Below, in pieces: positions 60,801 to 64,000 of a stretch of DNA of 64,000 nucleotides. This stretch comes from an uncultured delta proteobacterium. Its GTDB lineage: Bacteria > Desulfobacterota > Desulfobacteria > Desulfobacterales > QNYZ01. Under the pieces are notes generated by a model. It worked only from the letters and a program-made list of their open reading frames with translations. It had not been told where the DNA came from and ran no database searches. The position numbers were made by a program, and so were the translations under genes. The DNA lies in NCBI GenBank assembly GCA_963845145.1, contig CAWJQU010000017.1, forward strand, positions 128,001 to 192,000, read 5' to 3'. How positions within the stretch are numbered: the first letter of the stretch is position 1; each line of letters starts with the position of its first letter.

Positions 60801-63800
60801 CAGATCGGCCTCGATATTCATCTCTAGGTTGAGCATTTCCGACGGATAGCCGGTTAATTCGGCGACAACCTCAAAGAGGGTCTCGGCCAGAGTGTTCGAT
60901 GCGGTAACCCCGGGCGCCTCATCTACTGTATCCGGTATCACGTCAGGTGGCACGCCTGGTTTGGATGAATCACCAAGAGAGGGATGCGTATCGTTTTGAA
61001 CGGCTGGCGGTTGCGATGATGGCAACGCATCCGGCTGACGATTAAGTTCGAAAGCGGTAGGATCAGATCGGTCTGGTCGACCGGTTTCCGGCGTGGTGTC
61101 GGAGCCGGTGATACCGGAAGACTTGGCCACCGGTCGCGTTCGTAACACCAGTGATTCAAGGATGCGTCCGGCTTCAGCCTGAGTTTCAAGGAAAAGTTCA
61201 TGGGCTTTGGCCGTGCGAACTTGAATTTCCCGCATGGATCGTAGCCCTTCCTGTATCACGCCCAATGACTGGGAAACTTCATCCCTGTTGGGGGCCTGGC
61301 TCAGGGACCGCTTGGTGCTGAATGATTGTGCGTTCCCAGGTTTGTTGGTCGTCTGTTTTTCCATTGGATCCTTTTTCAACAGCGGCTTATCGATAGTTGC
61401 TTCATTGACGTTTAATTCTACGACGTTTAATTCTACTATGGGTGCCGAATCTTTGTTTATGGACGGACGGTTTTTTGATGACGGATTGGTAATATTGGCA
61501 CCCCCGATCGGAATTTTCATGATCGGCTTTCGGGGTTTTCCTGTCGGCGGAGGGGTTTCCCATCGGTCCAGCTGGACTTTGTAACCCAAGGCAGACAAAT
61601 GGCAAAGACATTTTGCCAGATCGGTCAGACCGGATTTTTTACCGCCGGAGGCATCCACCGCCATGACGGTATGGCCTTTTTTCCTCAATATTTGCCGAAT
61701 CAGTCCAGTTAAAACGGTTTTTGGCCCGACTTCAACAAATGTGTTAATACCGTCTTTATACTGGTTTTTTATGTCGGCAACGAAGTCGACCGGGTTGATA
61801 ATCTGGTTTCCCAAAAGATCACGGGCAGCCTTTGGGTCAGTGGGATAAGTTTCACCGGTGGTATTTGAATAAACCGGGATATCCGTTGGCGTCAGCTCAA
61901 TATCTTCGAGCAGGTTACGAAACGGCTTTTGCGCATCGGCCACCAGTCGACTGTGAAACGCAGCGGCCACCGGTAACTGAATGGCTCTGAATTTGGCCGC
62001 GCGACATTTTTCGGCAGCGATTTCGATGGCCGGGGTACTGCCGGACAATACCCCTTGAGAAGGGCTATTGCGATTGGCTAAAATGACATCGGAATCCAGA
62101 GAATTTACCAGGGAATCGAGCTTTTCCAGATCGGCTTTTACGGCCAACATGGTACCCGGGTCGCCATCCGTGTTATTTCCGGCAATAGCCATCAGCTTCC
62201 CGCGGGCGATAGAGGTTTTGCAAAATCCTTCGGGTTTAAGCCATCCCCCGGCCAGTAAAGCGGGCAGCTCGCCATAACTATGACCGCATACGCTGTCTGG
62301 CGATATGCCAAAAGACGATAAAATTCGAAACATGCCCATGCTAATGGCACCGATAGCGGGCTGGGCGATATCCGTGGATCGAAGTTTTTCCTCCTGGCGA
62401 GACTTATGATCTTTGGTTGTGGCCGGGTACGGATAGATGAAATCGCTTACCCGTCGATCATCGCCATAGGCGCGGTTAAATTTTTCCATGGCATCGAGGG
62501 CCTCGGGAAAGATGCACAAGAGGTCTTGGCCCATATTGATATATTGGCTGCCCTGGCCGGGAAATACGAAGGCCAGTTTGCCTTCCGGCGAACCGCTACC
62601 AAAATAAATATTTCCCGAATTCCAGCTTTTTCGTTCCGGTTCGTCAGCGGTTAGCGCTGTGGTCGCTTCTTCGATAAACGATGCCACTTGGGTATTAATA
62701 TCGCCCAAACAATCAACAACACCAAGAAGCCGATAGGTCTTGGCGGAATCGAAGGCAATTCGACTTCGGCCGGCAAAGGCTGCGAGTTCATCTGCGGTCA
62801 ACCCCTCAAGGGTGTTTGCCTTCCAATCCGATAGGGTTGCGACCATTTCATCGATGGTATCGGCAGACAATGAAATGATTTCCACACTCCCATCCCAGGC
62901 AGTTTCCAGTTTATCGGGACGATACTCTTCCATGACCACATGAAAGTTACTGCCGCCAAAGCCGAAAGCGGAGACACCGCTACGGCGGGGGTGGCTTGAT
63001 GAGGAGAGCCAGGGACGTGCGGTTGTATTTAAATAAAAGTGGCTTTTTTCAATATTCAGATCCGGATCCGGGGATTCGGCTTTAAGGGTGGGGGGTAATG
63101 TTTTGTGGTGCAGGGCCAAAGCGGTTTTAATCAGACCTGCCGTTCCGGCCGCGGCTTTGGTATGGCCGATCATGGATTTAACCGCTCCCAGAGCGCAGCG
63201 TTTCCTGGGGGTGTCTTTAGTTTGGGGCGCAGAAGAAAACACTTCGGTTAACGTCTGAAACTCCGTTTGATCCCCCACTCTAGTACCGGTGCCGTGGGCC
63301 TCGATCAGATCAATGGTGTCCGGGGTGATGGCGGCCAGATCGTAGGCCATATTCAATGCCTTGGCTTGGCCTTCCTTTCGAGGGGCGTAAATACTTTGGG
63401 AGCGACCGTCACTAGATGTCCCTACAGCGTGAATGACTGCATAAATCCGATCCTTATCCCGTTCGGCATCCGCCAGGCGTTTTAGGGCAATGATACCGAC
63501 CCCTTCGCCCAGTAACGTACCGTCGGCTTTTTCAGAAAAGGGGCGCACATCCCCGGTGGGAGAGAGAATGCCCGTCTGTCCGAAACACATATGCATAAAG
63601 ATATCGTTTAGGGTGTCCACGCCCCCGGTCAACACCATGTCGCAGCGTTGGGCGGCGAGCTCCAGCGTGGCCAGGTGAACGGCACTCATAGAGCTGGCAC
63701 AGGCCGCGTCTACCACGCAGTTGGTTCCGCCCAGATCGAGGCGGTTACAAATGCGGCCGGCGACGACATTGCCCAGTAATCCCGGGAATGAATTTTCCTG

Positions 63801-64000
63801 CCAGGAGACATACGATTCGGAAAGTCGCTGAACAACCTCTTCAGCTTTGTCCTCGGACACTCCGGCATCTTTTAATGCCTTACGCCATTTTGGTTGGCCC
63901 AGGCGGGCGCCCAAAGGAATAACCAGTTCCTGGGTGCCGGTCACCCCAAGGATCACACTGGTGCGATCCCGATTGAAAGACCGTCCCGTTTCCCCATAGC
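57855..64000 (-). CDS. pfaA: PfaA-like iterative type I PKS/PUFA synthase (KS-MAT-ACPx2-KR-DH), 5' end beyond the window
   Basis: DAACASS, HGTGT, GHTK, GHSYG, AFHS, DLGIDSIKRVE x2, GGARGIT, H.L.G.PV.P; frame open to window edge. Confidence 0.85.
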   Translation of the reverse strand, partial: YGETGRSFNRDRTSVILGVTGTQELVIPLGARLGQPKWRKALKDAGVSEDKAEEVVQRLSESYVSWQENSFPGLLGNVVAGRICNRLDLGGTNCVVDAACASSMSAVHLATLELAAQRCDMVLTGGVDTLNDIFMHMCFGQTGILSPTGDVRPFSEKADGTLLGEGVGIIALKRLADAERDKDRIYAVIHAVGTSSDGRSQSIYAPRKEGQAKALNMAYDLAAITPDTIDLIEAHGTGTRVGDQTEFQTLTEVFSSAPQTKDTPRKRCALGAVKSMIGHTKAAAGTAGLIKTALALHHKTLPPTLKAESPDPDLNIEKSHFYLNTTARPWLSSSSHPRRSGVSAFGFGGSNFHVVMEEYRPDKLETAWDGSVEIISLSADTIDEMVATLSDWKANTLEGLTADELAAFAGRSRIAFDSAKTYRLLGVVDCLGDINTQVASFIEEATTALTADEPERKSWNSGNIYFGSGSPEGKLAFVFPGQGSQYINMGQDLLCIFPEALDAMEKFNRAYGDDRRVSDFIYPYPATTKDHKSRQEEKLRSTDIAQPAIGAISMGMFRILSSFGISPDSVCGHSYGELPALLAGGWLKPEGFCKTSIARGKLMAIAGNNTDGDPGTMLAVKADLEKLDSLVNSLDSDVILANRNSPSQGVLSGSTPAIEIAAEKCRAAKFRAIQLPVAAAFHSRLVADAQKPFRNLLEDIELTPTDIPVYSNTTGETYPTDPKAARDLLGNQIINPVDFVADIKNQYKDGINTFVEVGPKTVLTGLIRQILRKKGHTVMAVDASGGKKSGLTDLAKCLCHLSALGYKVQLDRWETPPPTGKPRKPIMKIPIGGANITNPSSKNRPSINKDSAPIVELNVVELNVNEATIDKPLLKKDPMEKQTTNKPGNAQSFSTKRSLSQAPNRDEVSQSLGVIQEGLRSMREIQVRTAKAHELFLETQAEAGRILESLVLRTRPVAKSSGITGSDTTPETGRPDRSDPTAFELNRQPDALPSSQPPAVQNDTHPSLGDSSKPGVPPDVIPDTVDEAPGVTASNTLAETLFEVVAELTGYPSEMLNLEMNIEADLGIDSIKRVEILSTMEERMPDLPTISPEDMGELKTLGQIVTHLNKGPVFDPAQPEISNTTPGELQSTDVEPVLFNVISELTGYPVEMLKPEMAIEADLGIDSIKRVEILSTMEERMPHLPTVSPEDMGELKTLGQIVGHLTEGKNQPLHEDPVTEIDQGLPIEKMPEVEKQVAEIKRQIVCATIVKSATPKKEILRRPGTIVISDDGEGLAEALAAAFSKQNITTAVVPLAPDAIKRIEGSIGGFIPILPAAATVGTKDIKNLFLLTQAVGKQWAQADTDTPPILVGVSRMDGAFGFLGEGVTQPMHGALPGLIKTAAMEWPHVHCRSIDVAANWEDPDAISQSLLSAVLGTDCQSPLEVGLHPDLALDEQYQLPLTDAEYPNGLPELTAQDVVVVSGGARGITAESVIALARKTGASFALLGRSPQPSALPSWMEALTDPAEIKKAILTHEFKSQSPSPKELDRAFYRHATNREIQQTLHALNDAGVRATYYSVDVTRGKQVDPALDRVRTDLGPITALIHGAGILRDGLIIDKKIDAFEAVFNTKVKGVRNLLNATKKDMLRYLALFSSVTARFGNIGQSDYAMANEVLNKIAQVEAKNRHQCSVTAINWGPWECGMVSPALKRRFEQRGVGLIPTQIGAECLAREMGAGTNGPVEVIIGCRINTEDKEAGMTASSKESRIKLDKGLSLSFRREVDLPHYPVLNSHVLDGHPVVPFALMTEWFGHGALHENPGLILHGIDDMRLLKGIRMDVASKTIRLMAGKARRRENRFEVPIELRDGVEDGVEVIHSRGRAILVESLGTAPTYDPPEELVAVPYSKSVDEVYETILFHGEHLHGLKKINGLTANGMVAEISTAPQPNQWMTEPLRSEWLADPLALDTAFQMASVWCYEQKGMVSLPSYTASYRQFSRRFPSKGLKVILEVNEVTSRKITGDFTFIDSDHIVVARLQGYEAVMDPSLYQSFKPHLTRDTELNKGRSAA

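Noticed and set aside
39..63678. Numerous antisense and alternate-frame ORFs overlapping assigned genes
   Set aside because: Shadow ORFs with no recognisable motifs.

Overview
Bacterial chromosomal window; gene content (archaeal-type aroA'/aroB', futalosine pathway, PfaA-like PKS) suggests an anaerobic deltaproteobacterium, probably Desulfobacterales (inference). In order: arcC, manA; an aromatic amino acid operon (aroA'-aroB'-aroE-aroA-aroK-aroC-tyrA plus an OleD-like gene) preceded by a 23-codon leader peptide, absent from the ORF track, with seven consecutive Tyr/Phe/Trp codons and a full attenuator; an accessory island (11.6-20 kb) with cassette-like genes, an attC-like site, a SWIM-SNF2 helicase and two coupled toxin-antitoxin pairs; a lexA-DUF72-four-helix-bundle-imuB-dnaE2-uvrA cassette; a TPP-riboswitch thiamine ABC operon; a PotABCD-like ABC operon with a structured leader; mscL; a sensor kinase; pepM-ppd; a membrane MutS-like gene; mqn genes; and a PfaA-like PKS running off the end. 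The most striking unexplained structure is a nested repeat family at every gene junction of the SOS cassette: a four-helix-bundle gene inside a perfect 26-bp inverted repeat, five gene-less copies of the same element, a 24-nt module inserted at the same motif in three copies, and an outer shell of 8-mer repeats. Four +1 frameshifts (uvrA x2, ppd, mqnE) may be sequencing errors. All calls come from reading the sequence; no database searches were run.
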